Shown here piece after piece: positions 13,801-26,699 of a stretch of 64,000 nucleotides of DNA. The notes under the pieces were generated by a model that was not told the DNA's origin, ran no database searches, and worked only from the letters and a program-made list of their open reading frames with translations. Position numbers and translations under genes: made by a program. The stretch spans positions 1,215,499 to 1,279,498 of the forward strand of contig JBLDXI010000048.1 in NCBI GenBank assembly GCA_047495785.1, given 5' to 3'. The stretch is from Lepidodermella squamata (taxonomy: Eukaryota > Animalia > Gastrotricha). Each line of letters starts with the position of its first letter. Positions within the stretch are counted from its first letter, which is position 1.

Positions 13801-16800
13801 AAATGATGCGCACATGTATTGTGTGTGCCATGCTAGAACGGGGAAGGGCGCGCAAAGCTATTGCCACTAAACTTACCTGGCACTGGGATGTCCCGCGATC
13901 AACAAGGCGGGCGCCCCAAGGCGAGGCGTGCCATTGCACTTCGGCGCGCTGACCCTTGCGCTTTGCCTCATCGGCGGAGTCGGGTGCAAAATATTTCACT
14001 TGGGTATCGGCGTTCGCGCCACACCCGAAAATTCAAAAACAAATATCCTAATTAATCCAATTTATCGAATTCATTGATGGAAATCCGGAATTGATGAAAA
14101 AAATTAATTTCAATTTGTTAAATTTACGTTATTTTTTTGCAGAATACGGAAACGTATTTGAAAATAGATGTTGGGGCGACGGCGTTTTCGTCCTTGTACA
14201 GGCAGTATTTTCAGCTGACGGTGACGCCGTCGTCGTCCTCATCCGTACTACTCGTGTCTTTCCTATTTCGAACCCGCCAAAAAGACGGCCTGCTGCTCTA
14301 CTGGGGCCAGCCGCGCCAAGACTTTGTGCTGCTCGAGCTAACCGCTGGCTACCTTGTTTACGTTTTCGACACCGGTGATGGCGTCAAGGTAACTAAATTA
14401 TCATACCTAAATAAACCTTAAATCAGAAAATGCAGAAAAATATTGAAAATATGACTAAAATGATGTTCTTAACAAGTTTCGAATTTTCATGCGGCGTTCA
14501 GAATTGATAAAAATTGACCTTGAACTGAGATGAATCGTTGTGTTTACAGACTTCAGAGTCGTATCAAGACAGTGAGGTATCTATCATCGCAGTGTTTAAC
14601 CCTATTCATTTTCAATTTTATTATTATTTAAGAATCTATAGCTACATATACCTACGTTCCAATGCTTTGGAACAGTCTTCGGTTCTTTCCCCAAAATTCT
14701 CAGAATTTTCCCAAATTCCAATGCCTGATTAGCTAATCCATTTTCTTTCGAATTACAACCTCCTCCATTTAGTAGTCTGAATTAGGAAAAATATAGGAAA
14801 TTCATGAATTTCACCTTCTGTCGCTTAGAACCTTCTTTATTTGCGATTTTGTTTCAATTTCAATTTTAAAAAGATGTCAAAAATGTAAAAACAAAGTCCA
14901 ACTGGAATTTTATGATGGGATGCTGGGAACTTTTAAAGGGAAAAAATAGAAAAATTTGATTACTCATTTGTGTGGCATACCCAGGAAAATTGTTGGGAAA
15001 ATCTTACGCCGGTACCAAATTTAATTTAATTCTATACCTCACCATTTTATTCGATATTTAACTGATTAGGGTTAGGACACAGAGAAAGAAATGACCTTTT
15101 TCTCTTCTCTCGGGTTAGGGTTCGGTGAGTCGTGATCGGGTTAGGCTTTGGGTTAGGTTGGGGTTGAGGGCTGGGTCTTGAAATATGGGATAATTCGTCA
15201 GGGTGAAAATCGAATTTTTGTTGTACAATTATTTGAAAAATCAATAATATTATGGTTTTGCGATTGAGTTCAGAATCCACGCGAAGTGTAGGAATCTAAA
15301 TCCAAGATTTCCACGAAATCGTGCTATGAGTTCTCGAAATCTTCTGAGACAAGTAAAATTAATGACTATAATTTCGGTCTCAGATCACTTTATCGACATC
15401 TTGAGGATTAAATATAGTCAAAAATCTTGAAATGTTACCTAGAAAAGCGAACTACCTTAGATTAGGATTCTTTTTCTGCCTTTGACTTCTGAGTTGAAAA
15501 TTATGTTGAATTTTTCAGAATTTTCTTGATTAATAATTTTGACCCGGATGTGTTTGTTTTCGCTTCAGGTACTCGAGGCGGATCCTAAAGACCGGCGCTT
15601 CCTGGCGGACGGCGCGTGGCACCACGTGCAGCTGCTGGTGGTCGACGCCGCCGCCGCCTCGCCGACGCACTACTTCGTCGTCGACCGGCGCGAGCTGAAA
15701 TTCTCGTACGCAAACGCGCTGAACCGCAACGTCAACCTAAACCTAAACACGAAAAACTCGTCCCTGTACATCGGCGGCCTGCCGTCCGAGGCCTTCCAGG
15801 ACGGCTTCTTCCTGCCATCGGTTGTGAGCGCCCGCGCCGGCTTCGTCGGCTGCCTCGCCAATTTCCAGCTGAACGACGTTTACCTTAACCTAGCGTCACG
15901 CTTGACCGCCTGGACGCGGCCCCAGGTCGGCCAAATCGTGCCCGGGTGCCGCGATTTGACTAAATCCGAGTGCCGAAAATCGCCCTGTAAAAACATGGGC
16001 GAGTGCATAGAAGAGTACGACTCGGTCTCCTGCATCTGTGAAATGACCTCGTTCGACGGACAACGCTGCTCGGACGAAACGTTCGCGCTGCGTTTCGACC
16101 CAGAGCGGCAACAGCCGTACGGGTCGCGGCCGGGTTTCGTCCGCTACGCCCTGCCCGAGTCGACCCAACCAAACACCCTGCGAGACCGCGTCGCCCTGGC
16201 GTTCCGCACGAAATCACTGAGGCGTGGCGGCAAGCGGTCGACCCTGCTACACGTCCTCGGCGCTAAACAGCCCGGCCAGCCTCACCCGGATTTCATCCGA
16301 ATCGACGTTATGTTCGATAGGGTTGAGGTCCAGTACAACATGGGCGTCGATACGGTGACAATGGGCTGGTCCCCACCCTCCGACCGGGCCGGCCTCCAGC
16401 AACAGGGCGCGTTCAATTTGAACGACGACAAGTGGCACGTTGTGCGCTTCAAACGCTGGGGCCCTAATGCGTCGCTTCAGGTCGACGAACACCCGGAAAT
16501 TGTGCGCACGCCGCAAGGTGAGTCGAAAAGTTGCAATTTTTCACGTAATTAGAGTTATATATCAATCGACTCGCCTTGACTCGCCCATTCGATTGGTATA
16601 TATCTCGAATTACGTGAAAAAAATCATTTTTATTCTCTACCTACAGCAAAAATTACCTGCTTGTAGATCCTTGATTTGTAGCAACTTTTTCTATCAATTC
16701 TCTCTCGGAAAAAAATCTGCGAAAAATTAACAATTATTATTATACCCTATATAAATCACCTGTGTTATTATTTTTACCGATATTACTAATTATTATTTTT

Positions 16801-19800
16801 TGAAAAATAACCACAACTAATTCCTGTTTTCCAAAATTAACCAAGACATCATTATTTTTTTTTGTATTCATATAATTTTTGCTCACGATTACCTTTGATA
16901 TTATATTATTGCCATCACAGTTTTCGTCACATCTGCTGGTAAGCACATTGCTGAATTTGAACAGCAATTAGTTTAATTAATATATATATGTGGGAACTAG
17001 CCTTATTAATTACAATAATTCATCATCATTTATCGGAAAAAAATTCACATATTTTCGTCGTGTTTTTTTAATTTTTCCGCGTACTATGATTTATTTTAGT
17101 TTTAATTTTTTCGATTTCTGCCTGCCAAATTTTTCGTCACCTTTTCCGCTATTATATAGCTGGAAGTTGCATGCGTGTCGCTATAAATTTTCGGTTTTCG
17201 GAGTGCATGCTTGTTTCTATTTTTATTTTTGAGTGTCTTTATTTGGGAACTTTTTCTTCGTTTCATTGCTTACCAATGTTGTGTCCGTAGTTGTAAAAAA
17301 CGAGAAATCACCCTGAAATTCAGCATGCGAATTTTCTATTCAAAAAACAATTAATTAAAATCTGCATTTATTTTTGGCGTAATTTTTGAAATTTAACAGG
17401 TCGTATCTATTAGCTTAGTCGTTGTGTATTTAATTTCCGTTAGTATAGTTCGTTGAAAAAACGAAACAAAACATCAATCAAATTCACCGCTTAACAACCA
17501 GATTAATCAATTTTACACTCGTATTAAATGCTATTAAAAATCTGGTTGTGATATCGGAATTTCACGTTTCAAAGGTATTAATTTGTTGTTTTTTGCGATT
17601 GAATTTTTTCCAGATCACAAATTTCGAACTTTCAACTCAATAGCCGACGTCTATATAGGCGCCGGTGTAAAAGATGACTCGGTTGTCGATGCATTTGCTG
17701 GCCGGATTCGAGGTACTTTTTGAAAATTTTGAAAGTTTCGAATTTTTATATCTTTTTTTCTTTTTTTTCCAGGCCTCGTTTTCAACGGAATTCCGCTTAT
17801 TAGATGGTTCGGCGAAGGCCGTCGCGATCGATTTTCTAGCGATACGGTCAATTTCTTGGAAGATTTGAGGTTGGTGCCAAATATTTCCGCCCTAATAATT
17901 TAACTCTGGTGCAATTCGGTCCTAAAAAAAATCGAGCATATATCTTTTATTCTCTCTCTCATGTCTAATCGCATTTCCTCGAGACCGGCAATTTCGGCGT
18001 CTACTTTTAGGCCCGATTATTTATACATCATATGGGGGTTATTTTTATTCAATTTAATTTCGCCCTCTCCGAGACGTAAAATCTTGCGTATAATTTATAT
18101 CGCTATTATATAGGATAAATGTTTAAACAAGATGCGCATTTTAGGGACGCGCGGTTTCGCTTGGTCCCTGCGCGGCGCGAAGATGGCCTCGCGATGCGAT
18201 TAAATGCGCGCGCCGCGCTCGCTCTCTAAAACCGATTTCAATGATTACACTCGAAATTTTGATGCGCAATATTTCCTCGCGATAATTTTTTTTCATCGTC
18301 GCTCAACTCAGTGCGCGGAATTTTATTTATTATTTATTATTGTTGTTATTTTTATTTTCCTCAACTTGTCAAAATCTTGTATTATTTTTTGCGCGGCTAT
18401 TTATTGCGAGAAAAACCGATTTTTATATGATAATTTCGGCGACAGAGCGTGAAACACGGCACGCTTGATTGACGATTTTTCTCATCATTATGGTGGCGCA
18501 TTGATTTTTTGTCGCGCTTCTTATCTCTACAAAGTTTTTCTACAAAAATCCGCCTTAAAAATTATTTTTATACTTACGCAGGCGAATTTAACGTTACAAT
18601 ATATTACAGTATATAATCTGATAAGTAAATAATAAACAACTTGTTGTCGAAAAATCAAATTTCAACCGGACCGAGCAAGAAGAAGATTGTTGCCGAGTGC
18701 ATCAGCAGCTGATTCGACACCGGAAGAAGCGAAAAAAGCGCCTCTAATACGCGCGGGACGAGTCGAGAAGCAAGTTTGTTTGCTACTTTATTACTATGTA
18801 TATTGCTATCATCATCGTCGGTTTTTATCATCTTCGGTGGTTTTTATAATAATTTATTCGACGCGCCTCGTTTCGCAATTTAGCTGAAAAGAAAACAGGC
18901 TGGGATAATAACATAAGTGACTACGCGCGCAGCAAAAAATCCTAATTTGATTCGGCCACAGACGATGGCTTATATACTTGACAACTTTTTTTTCAGGCCT
19001 TCCGCACATGAAGAAATTCAGGCACTTCATTACATTAGTATTTCGCCTCGCCATTGCTAATAGACCGCGGTCACTCGTGTGTTGTAGTAGCCATTGAAAA
19101 TTGACGTGATATAATGCGTTTTTTTGCGTCTTGACATGCGCTTTATCACATTAAACCGAATCGCGTGTGATTTTTCCGAACTTTGACATGCCGCCTTTCA
19201 TTATTAGCCGGCAGTCCCTTAAATTACAATTGTATCTCGGTGCGAAAATTTCCGCATTTCCTGGGCTTGTAATTTCTTAAAATAAAAAAAGTATTTTATT
19301 TCTTTTTTACTGCGACATAATTTCTCGTGTTCTGTGATCCGTGAAGCGCGACATGTGATTTATGTGTTATTATTTTGCAGATGCGCGCTATTCATTCTCA
19401 TTTTAATAGGCGTATTAATTTCTAATAACTAAAACATGGCTTTTTTACAAAACGCGCGCGCGCACCTTTTGACTCACATTTTTATGCGCGTCTCAAATTT
19501 TCGCGGCCGCTTTTCATCTGGCTAAAATTCGCCGCTTGGCCCCGGCCTTTCATGTATATATCTAGTAAATATTAGAAATTATACCTGTAAGAGGTATGTA
19601 GTAATCTAGCGTCTTACAAGGTCACTTGAGAGAGCGATCGGCGCGAGACAGGCCTCTTAATATAATTAGTCTGAGTACGTCTCAGTTAATCGGATGCTTA
19701 TAGCTATAAATAAAAACAAAATTTCGTGACCCTCGACAATTTTTTTCCGCCGTTGTTTTTCGTTTTATTTATTCCGCCCTGCTGTAAATGATATTTAGCG

Positions 19801-22800
19801 TTTCGCTAATATTTGCCCTCGACAATTGAGTCGCAGTCGTTTGATTTGCCATTAAATATTTACCCGGTGCGTAAAAATTTTGTTTATACCATCATCATTA
19901 TTATTATCAATCGCCGCCTTTTGATGATGATAAACATGATGTCGTAGAGCGGGCGGGCCACGTGCTGTCATAAAAATTCGATTTTTATTACCATCGTCGT
20001 CGAGACACACTCGAACGCATCTCTAAACAGCGCGCGCGCAAAAATCTGGCCGCCTTAATTGCTTCGTTTTTCGCTCCGAATTTCGTTCGTTCGCTCGTTC
20101 GGCCAGTGCTCGATATTTCGATTCCATCTCATCTACCTATAGTTGTGTTATTTCAGGCGCCATAAAAGTTGCATGTTATTGTTATTTTATTATTACCCTA
20201 CAGCTAGCTACAACGTGTCTAATGTAGGAACAAAGCTATTTCCATTGGTATTGTTATTAGGCAGCAGCGTTACTGGACACCTTGAAGTGCGCGCGCCACT
20301 GCGGCTACATTTTAAGGCGGTGGTGGTCGTCAGGTAATATATGTGGGAGGCGAAAATAATAATTGATAATTGCGAATACGCGCGCACTCGATTTTTGCGA
20401 GGCCAGCGGCATGCATCGAGCCGTGATGGCTTAATAAGTGCGGTGATTTATCATTATATATCTCTCTTACACCCGGGCTCGCCTGTTTTGTTTGCGCGCG
20501 CAGTTGGCAAAATACACTTTTCGCGCTCTGTGATAATATAATATGTTTTAAGGTATAGGACCCGCTATATATGTTATTCCTGGGGGTGCGGCGGCGGAAT
20601 AACCGGGCGGCGAATGATAGATGAGCGAGCGTATCATCATCACCGTCCGTCGATGGGCTTATTACAAGACACTACGAATACAATAACAATAATGCAATAA
20701 AACCAGCTGCTGCGCGCTTTTTATTAGCGCGCACGCGCACACGCGCGCAGTCGGTTAATTCATGCGCTTGGTCCACTCGACGCGGGCGCGCGCTTAATTT
20801 TCTTCGACTGCTGGCCTTTTTACGTTTTTATTACTTATTATCATTAACTCTCGACATCCTACTACTACTACAACTACAACTACTACCACTAGGTATAGTT
20901 GGGACTTTGTATCGCACGAGCGCGATACAATATATACCCAGGTTACTATTTTTACCCTATTTTTAGCCTGAAGAAATGTGAGATTGTCTTTCTCGGCTCT
21001 ATTTGTTTGGCATGGCAAAAAATCTGATATTACGATGACAGTGCCACTTGAGAGTATGACAAAATGCACGAGTGCAATCGAGCGTATCCGTGCCTGGTGG
21101 TCTCGCCCCTTTTTCTTGACGACGATGACGAACCCAATTTTCCATCACTTCATAGCAGAAAAAAATATATACCTCTCATTAATTATTAAACGCCTGCCTT
21201 CTAATCACTATTTGAGTAAGCAGTTTTTCGGATCGATTTACTCTCTCGGTTCATCCAGGGCGTAATTACCTGGATCGGTTCTTCTATACTCTAAAATATT
21301 GTAGGAATAATCCAAGAAATTTCGAAAATATTTTCCGCGGTTTATTATCCAAGTGCATCATCACTCTTGAGCAAAAAATGCCGAAAATCCAGCTTATTTC
21401 CATTTGATCCGCTTTAAAAAAATCGCTATAAAAATATTGATACTTCTCAGGCTATTATTACGGCATTTTATCAATATTTAGTCTCTCACGTTCTAATATA
21501 TTGCTCGATTTTTTTATACTCCGAATTGTTACCATTTTTTATAACATTTTCCCTAAAGGAGGGTGGATGTTTCAATTTTTTGTTGAATTACAATTTTATT
21601 TAATCAAAACGACGACGGCGGTGAGGCGGTGAAAAATTTGATTCAGTGATTGTGAAGCCGCCTTAATAAAAAATCGCAAAAAATGGCGCCGTCGCGTTTG
21701 TGGTGTTTCATGGACGTTGGCAATTGCGTGGTTTCCGTTTTCAGACTGCCCATATCGAGCCCGGAACCGCCACAGCCGCCGCCGCAAACCGCCGCCACAA
21801 AGCCGGCCGCCGCAGTTAACACTCGCCAGCAGGAGAGGCCTGGTACTACGCCGCCAAATATGTTTGTTAAGGTGAGCGTTTTAAATATCAACACACATCA
21901 AGTGCTTTTTATACACCCAATGGACTATTTTATAGACTATATATTTATTGTAAGAAAAATCATCATGTTTTATCAATATATTAACAGTTGGGGCTGGTTT
22001 CTGTTCAAAATCAAACGTTATAGACACCCTGTATAACATCATGGGTGTTATAGGGAGATAATATTATTTTTAGCGCGTTTTATACACCCTGCTAATGATT
22101 TGCGTATATTTTTACTTGTGTTTATTTATTGTTATTATAACGCGCCATATTATATAGGGTGTTTACACCGGCTGCCTGCCATTTCGAGGCGCATATCCAG
22201 AATGCATATTTTACCAGTTTTGGCACAGATATTTCACGCTTCATCGCTCAAATCTTACGAAAATTAGCGAAAATCCATTGAAATTATTTTTAACAATTTT
22301 CCCAGCCGTAAATATTAAGGAATTTTTAGCCGATAATTTCATCTCTAAAATTCTGTATTTGTTCAAAAAAATATTCATTTTCCAAATTCGGAATTTTTTC
22401 GGTATTTTCGGTATTTTTCAGTATTAATAATTTTGCCCAATTTCGGTAATAATTATTTGTGATTTATTTAGACAACCACTGAGTCAGTTCGACCAGGCGA
22501 TTTGATACGCCCGACTGACGCAACGTGCGTGACCGATCCGTCGTCGTCGCGCTGCACGTCTACGCCGGTGTCTAGCGTAGACTCGTCCGATCTCGTCTCG
22601 CCCATCTCGGTTACCGAGCGCTTCGATTTCGTCGCCACTTCGCCTTCAGTCGGCGCACCGACTAAAGCCCCACCGCCGCCGCCTCCAGCGCCAAGCCAGC
22701 AACCGGCGCTACCTCAAACTAGCCCAGTGCCGCAAACACAGCCACTTTTATCATCGACCCCGTTTACAGGGTGAGTTGAAATTTTCGTATAAAAATTCGA

Positions 22801-25800
22801 TCAAATATGTTTAATTTCTGAAGTTTGAAAAAATTAGAAAAAATGATTTTTCGATAATATTTGGAAATTCTAATTTTGAAATGAATTTTTCATTATTTTT
22901 CGAATTTTTAATTAGTGTGGGAAAATCAAGGGTTTTTCCTATATCCTACTTGAAATGAACATATTTCCTTGGCTACTATTAGAAAAACCGGAGATTTCCT
23001 TTCAAAAGCGTCGCTCCTTATGAAAAGCGCCTTAATTAACGCGCATATATGCGGTCTAAAAAATCGCTTATTCAACGCGCACACGTATTATATTGATAGC
23101 CAATTTACATATGCTTGGCATAATTGCTGCACCATATAGGCGCGCAACGGCTAATTTTTATTTGCTCAAGTTTTTATTACATTGACCCCCTTCGCGCGAG
23201 AATAGCCGCTTTGAAAAAAACGATCCGGGTGCTTTGCATTTTTTATGCGTATAATAATCAAAAGCGGAATATTTATTTTATACCGTTTTTTCCACACGTG
23301 ATAAATAATAGGGGGATTAATTACTTATGGTTTTTTTGTCTGGCTTTCATGTCGAAAAAATCAGATTAAAATTGGTATAATGCAATAATAAAATTGCGCG
23401 CACTGATTCGCGATAATTTTTTTTGGCTCGCGCACGCTAATGAGTCTGATTTTTGAGGCCTCGCGAGGCTTGTGCACGCTCGGAATCTACCTACCTCTGC
23501 GCGCGGATCAATAAAACACGCGTACGATAGATTTTTGACATATATTCGAACTGCATATTTGCTCGGCGTTAGGCTTTATACCTGGTTGTAGTAAATGCAG
23601 CTGCTATACTACAACATTATATTCAAAGGCAATAAGGCGCGTATAAACAAAGTCGCGCTTCTTGTTGCGAGCTGCGCGCGTAATTGATCGCGCCGCTCAA
23701 ATAAAGGTGCCACGCCGTCCACCTGTCTTCTAAACGTCACCAGAACCAATATTGCGGCTTGTTGTCGCTTTATAGGCCTAAATTCTTATATACTTATTGC
23801 GCCGGCGCTCTTCAAACGCTATTATTGTCGCCACTCCTACTACGACTACCACTACTACAACAAGCGCATTTTCCGTCCGGCTATAAACAAGTGAATGAAG
23901 CTTAACTTCCTGTATTATAATGGCTTTAAAATTCTATTAAAAACCAACCTTTTTACTTTTTATCATCATCATCGCAAAAATAATAATCATAAATAAAAAC
24001 GAGGGCCGTGGCTTTGTAAATAAAAAATTAGGACCATTTCCTTTATTCGATTTATATAGGCAATATGATTTTTACGGGATGATGGGTTGCCTGGTTTGTT
24101 GAATTGACTGTTTGCTTTCAGAACGACTACCTCGTCGCCGAAAGACCTCGCCGCATCGAATAATATGGCAACAGCGTCGTCAGACATGGTTGCCGAACGA
24201 TCAACTTTACTGCCAGGTACAATTTCAGCCGATTCTTTTTTTTTTGTCTAGAAAATACCTTTTAACGTGTTGAATTTCTTAAAGACATGTGCTTTTTTTC
24301 GCTGCTCAATTTTAAACGAAAGCGTACCAAGTTCTTTCGATTTTTTTATATAATATAAAAGTGTTCTCAGTAGGTAGGGGGGATGTGGGGAAATAAGTTT
24401 AGTCTAGTCAGGTCGAACCCAAATAGCTCGATTTATACGTTGAAATTTGATCAATTTTTGCTTTGCGAATTCTCCTTTTTTTGTTGCGAGACATGGAACT
24501 GCCATCGCTTGGTACCATGAGCATTATGAAAAATGCTAATGGTCTCAAAAATTTGGCGCAACTCAATATTACCGTTTCAGGTAAAAAAATTAAAGCAAAC
24601 CTAAATTTCAACTTTTTCGACTTGATAGGTTTAAAAATATTAGAGAATTAGAGAATCGGAAGATGATATTATGAGAGCCAGAAATAGCTCGAAGCAATAA
24701 TTGATAATTTTCTGATATCAGACCGATTATATATTTTCCCATATTTTCAGAGTATTTCTTTTAGTAAATATTGCTCGTCCGAAGCCTAATCGATGCCAAA
24801 GTTAAGCGAAATTTTTTTAGCGAAAATCCTCCGATTTTCCCAATTCTAAAGAATAACGGAAATTGTTAGGAATATGATAAGATGATGGATTTCCCCTTGT
24901 TTAATGTTTTCTCATTTTTTTAATAATTGAATACTTATCTTATAGCGGAAGTAGATTTCAAAATTTGGCACCAAACTCAAACTTTCAAAAAATCAGTTTT
25001 CGAATAATTTTCTCAAATCATGATTAAGCCCTATCCCTTGAGCGGTGAAGTGGCTTAATGACTAAAATCACGCAGAATTTTCCAATACATTTATTTTGAT
25101 TTTTTTGAATTTTTGAAACATTCCTGAATTTCCGGAAAATTTGGAATGCAATTTTTTGAGACTATCAAATATCAAAAATGTGCGAACATTTTTCTTATCC
25201 AACACTTGACACTTACCTGCCTACTTACTTTTTCATGTTTTCAAAAAATTACGGTAAAAAACAGAAATTGGGATCGCCATAAATCCTTCACCATAAAATG
25301 ATACCGGTTCAATGACCAAAATAGGACGGAAAAATCGAACTCGGGAAATTCAATTTTATATTTTTATGTCGGATGATTTTGTTGGTTGCCGGATGAAAAA
25401 ATTCACACCCCATAATTTCCTATTACAAGCTAAATTGCCTTTTCATAAAAAGGGTCATTTTTTAAATTTGATTCAAATTATTTTGACCTGTTGAAGTTCC
25501 AAAAATTCCACTGCGACAGATTTTTACGCGTAAATATCGCATATATAGAAAATAATATTTGATTAAGGAACAGCTAATCAAACAATTACGTCTCTTCTCA
25601 CTTGAATAAGGCATTGTTAGTAGGTCTATAGTATTAGGCCCTCAAGAAGAGCACGTCTTTATCTATTATATTGGTCTCAATACTTTTTCTAATCCTAATC
25701 TATTTTATTTTATTTTTTTCCTGAAATTTATGGTAATTTTTTTTCGATTCCTGAATTTTTAGATACAGCCGCATCTGGGCCGTCGTCGATTCTCGAAATG

Positions 25801-26058
25801 TTAACGCGAACGAAAATACTCGGCATCGACATATGGCTATTCCTCGTTATCATCAGCGCCGTCATCCTACTCGCCATCATCATCGTCTGCATCGTTGTAC
25901 GGTGCCGGTCCAAGGACAAGGGCTCGTACCGCGTCGATGAATCACGCAATTACACGTTCGACCGCATGGGCGGGCGCGGGCGGTTAGCCGGCGATTTCGG
26001 CGATCAGGAAGCCATCGAACGGCCTATGCGGCCTGATCAAAAGGAGTGGTACGTGTGA
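7885..26058 (+). CDS. nrx-1: Alpha-neurexin, about 1733 aa. Core exons: 7885-8233, 8645-9178, 9359-9741, 10586-11417, 11746-12140, 12246-12387, 13093-13451, 14143-14388, 15569-16517, 17614-17712, 17773-17869, 21745-21871, 22472-22770, 24122-24216, 25763-26058
   Basis: All introns are GT-AG and phase-consistent (5202 nt total). Hydrophobic leader, then LNS-EGF-LNS x3 (EATFYGNGYLSY, CLNGGTCQEGWNRFICDC...CEREA, PNFVGQIQQ, LNDDKWHVVRFKRWG, RTFNSIA), an S/T/P-rich stalk with a Cys pair, TM, the GSYRVDESRNY juxtamembrane motif and the C-terminal PDZ ligand KEWYV typical of invertebrate neurexin-1. Confidence 0.95.
9905..9934 (+). CDS. nrx-1: Candidate 30-nt neurexin microexon (LENGLKAIAE) at the SS2-equivalent position in LNS2
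   Basis: ttcacattatag|CTG...GAG|gtatgt; phase 0-0, matching the flanking intron 9742-10585; no stop codon. Confidence 0.75.
12526..12768 (+). CDS. nrx-1: Candidate 243-nt alternative neurexin exon in LNS4 (cassette, or terminal exon if read through to TAA at 12774-12776)
   Basis: aaag|AT GTG...CGG G|gtattt, phase 1-1, open frame, GC-richer than the surrounding intron. Encodes the LNS-like strand TLEISHILLGS. The acceptor is weak. Confidence 0.5.
14550..14576 (+). CDS. nrx-1: Candidate 27-nt neurexin microexon (TSESYQDSE) in LNS5
   Basis: gttgtgtttacag|ACT...GAG|gtatct; phase 0-0, matching intron 14389-15568. The donor is weak. Confidence 0.4.
15063..15176 (+). repeat. Degenerate TTAGGG-like (telomere-like) G-rich repeat in a neurexin intron
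   Basis: attagggttagg, gggttagggttcgg, gggttaggctttgggttaggttggggttgaggg. Confidence 0.55.
16921..16938 (+). CDS. nrx-1: Candidate 18-nt neurexin microexon (VFVTSA) at the SS4-equivalent position in LNS6
   Basis: attgccatcacag|TTTTCGTCACATCTGCTG|gtaagc; phase 1-1; TGC just upstream of the acceptor; (T)GCATG motifs downstream. Confidence 0.75.
17168..17327 (+). promoter_or_regulatory. Cluster of RBFOX-type (T)GCATG splicing elements
   Basis: TGCATG at 17168-17173 and 17204-17209, GCATG at 17323-17327, all downstream of the SS4 microexon candidate. Confidence 0.45.
24491..24580 (+). CDS. nrx-1: Candidate 90-nt neurexin stalk cassette exon (DMELPSLG...LNITVS), SS5-like position
   Basis: Polypyrimidine tract then gttgcgag|AC ATG...TCA G|gtaaaa; phase 1-1; open frame. 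The GAG acceptor is rare. Confidence 0.5.
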
Positions 26059-26693
26059 AGAAAAAGCAGAAAAATCCATCCAGCTTTAACCACTCCAAAA
26101 CCGGCGGTAGTTGATAATTCATCATAATCATCATCACTTAAATTCTCTCTGTTGTCTTTTCTGTGACGAATTTTTTCTGAACAAGTTTGATGAAAAAAAA
26201 AATCTTCCATATTGATGACTCCGACTGTTTATTACGAACCCATGTTAAGAGGAAAGGAAAATATTATTTTTGAAAATTTCAGGATGAAAGATGAGAGATG
26301 ACGTGCCTCTCTTTGTGTTGTTTTTTGATGTCGATGTCGAGAAAAATCGCGCTGCCTCTTTTTTTTTATGAAAATCTTCTAGTCTGTTATAATTGGAGAT
26401 GACAAAAAATAACTTATATACTGGAGCGTCTGTAGGCACCCTGATGTATAATTGAGAAGAAATGTCTCGCGTTTTTTTGTAAATTTTACGAGGAAATTAT
26501 TGTATGATATAAATATGAAGAAATTTGTTTTGATTTGAAAACTCATCGCTACGTGTTGATAGTTTGATCGTTATAATTGCAGACGCTAATATTTATTCTG
26601 ATTATAATTATTTATTAATTGTATAATTTACGAGAAACACTCGCGTCGATTGATTGATTTATTAAAAAAAATGCAAAATGAAAGAAATGCAGA

Positions 26694-26699
26694 AATAAA
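26694..26699 (+). terminator. Probable neurexin polyadenylation signal AATAAA
   Basis: AATAAA about 640 nt after the stop codon, followed by a T/GT-rich tract. Confidence 0.4.

Noticed and set aside
13620-14027. GC-rich intronic island bounded by tcgggtg / cacccga
   Set aside because: The inverted repeat is only 7 bp and there is no TSD; insufficient for a MITE call.
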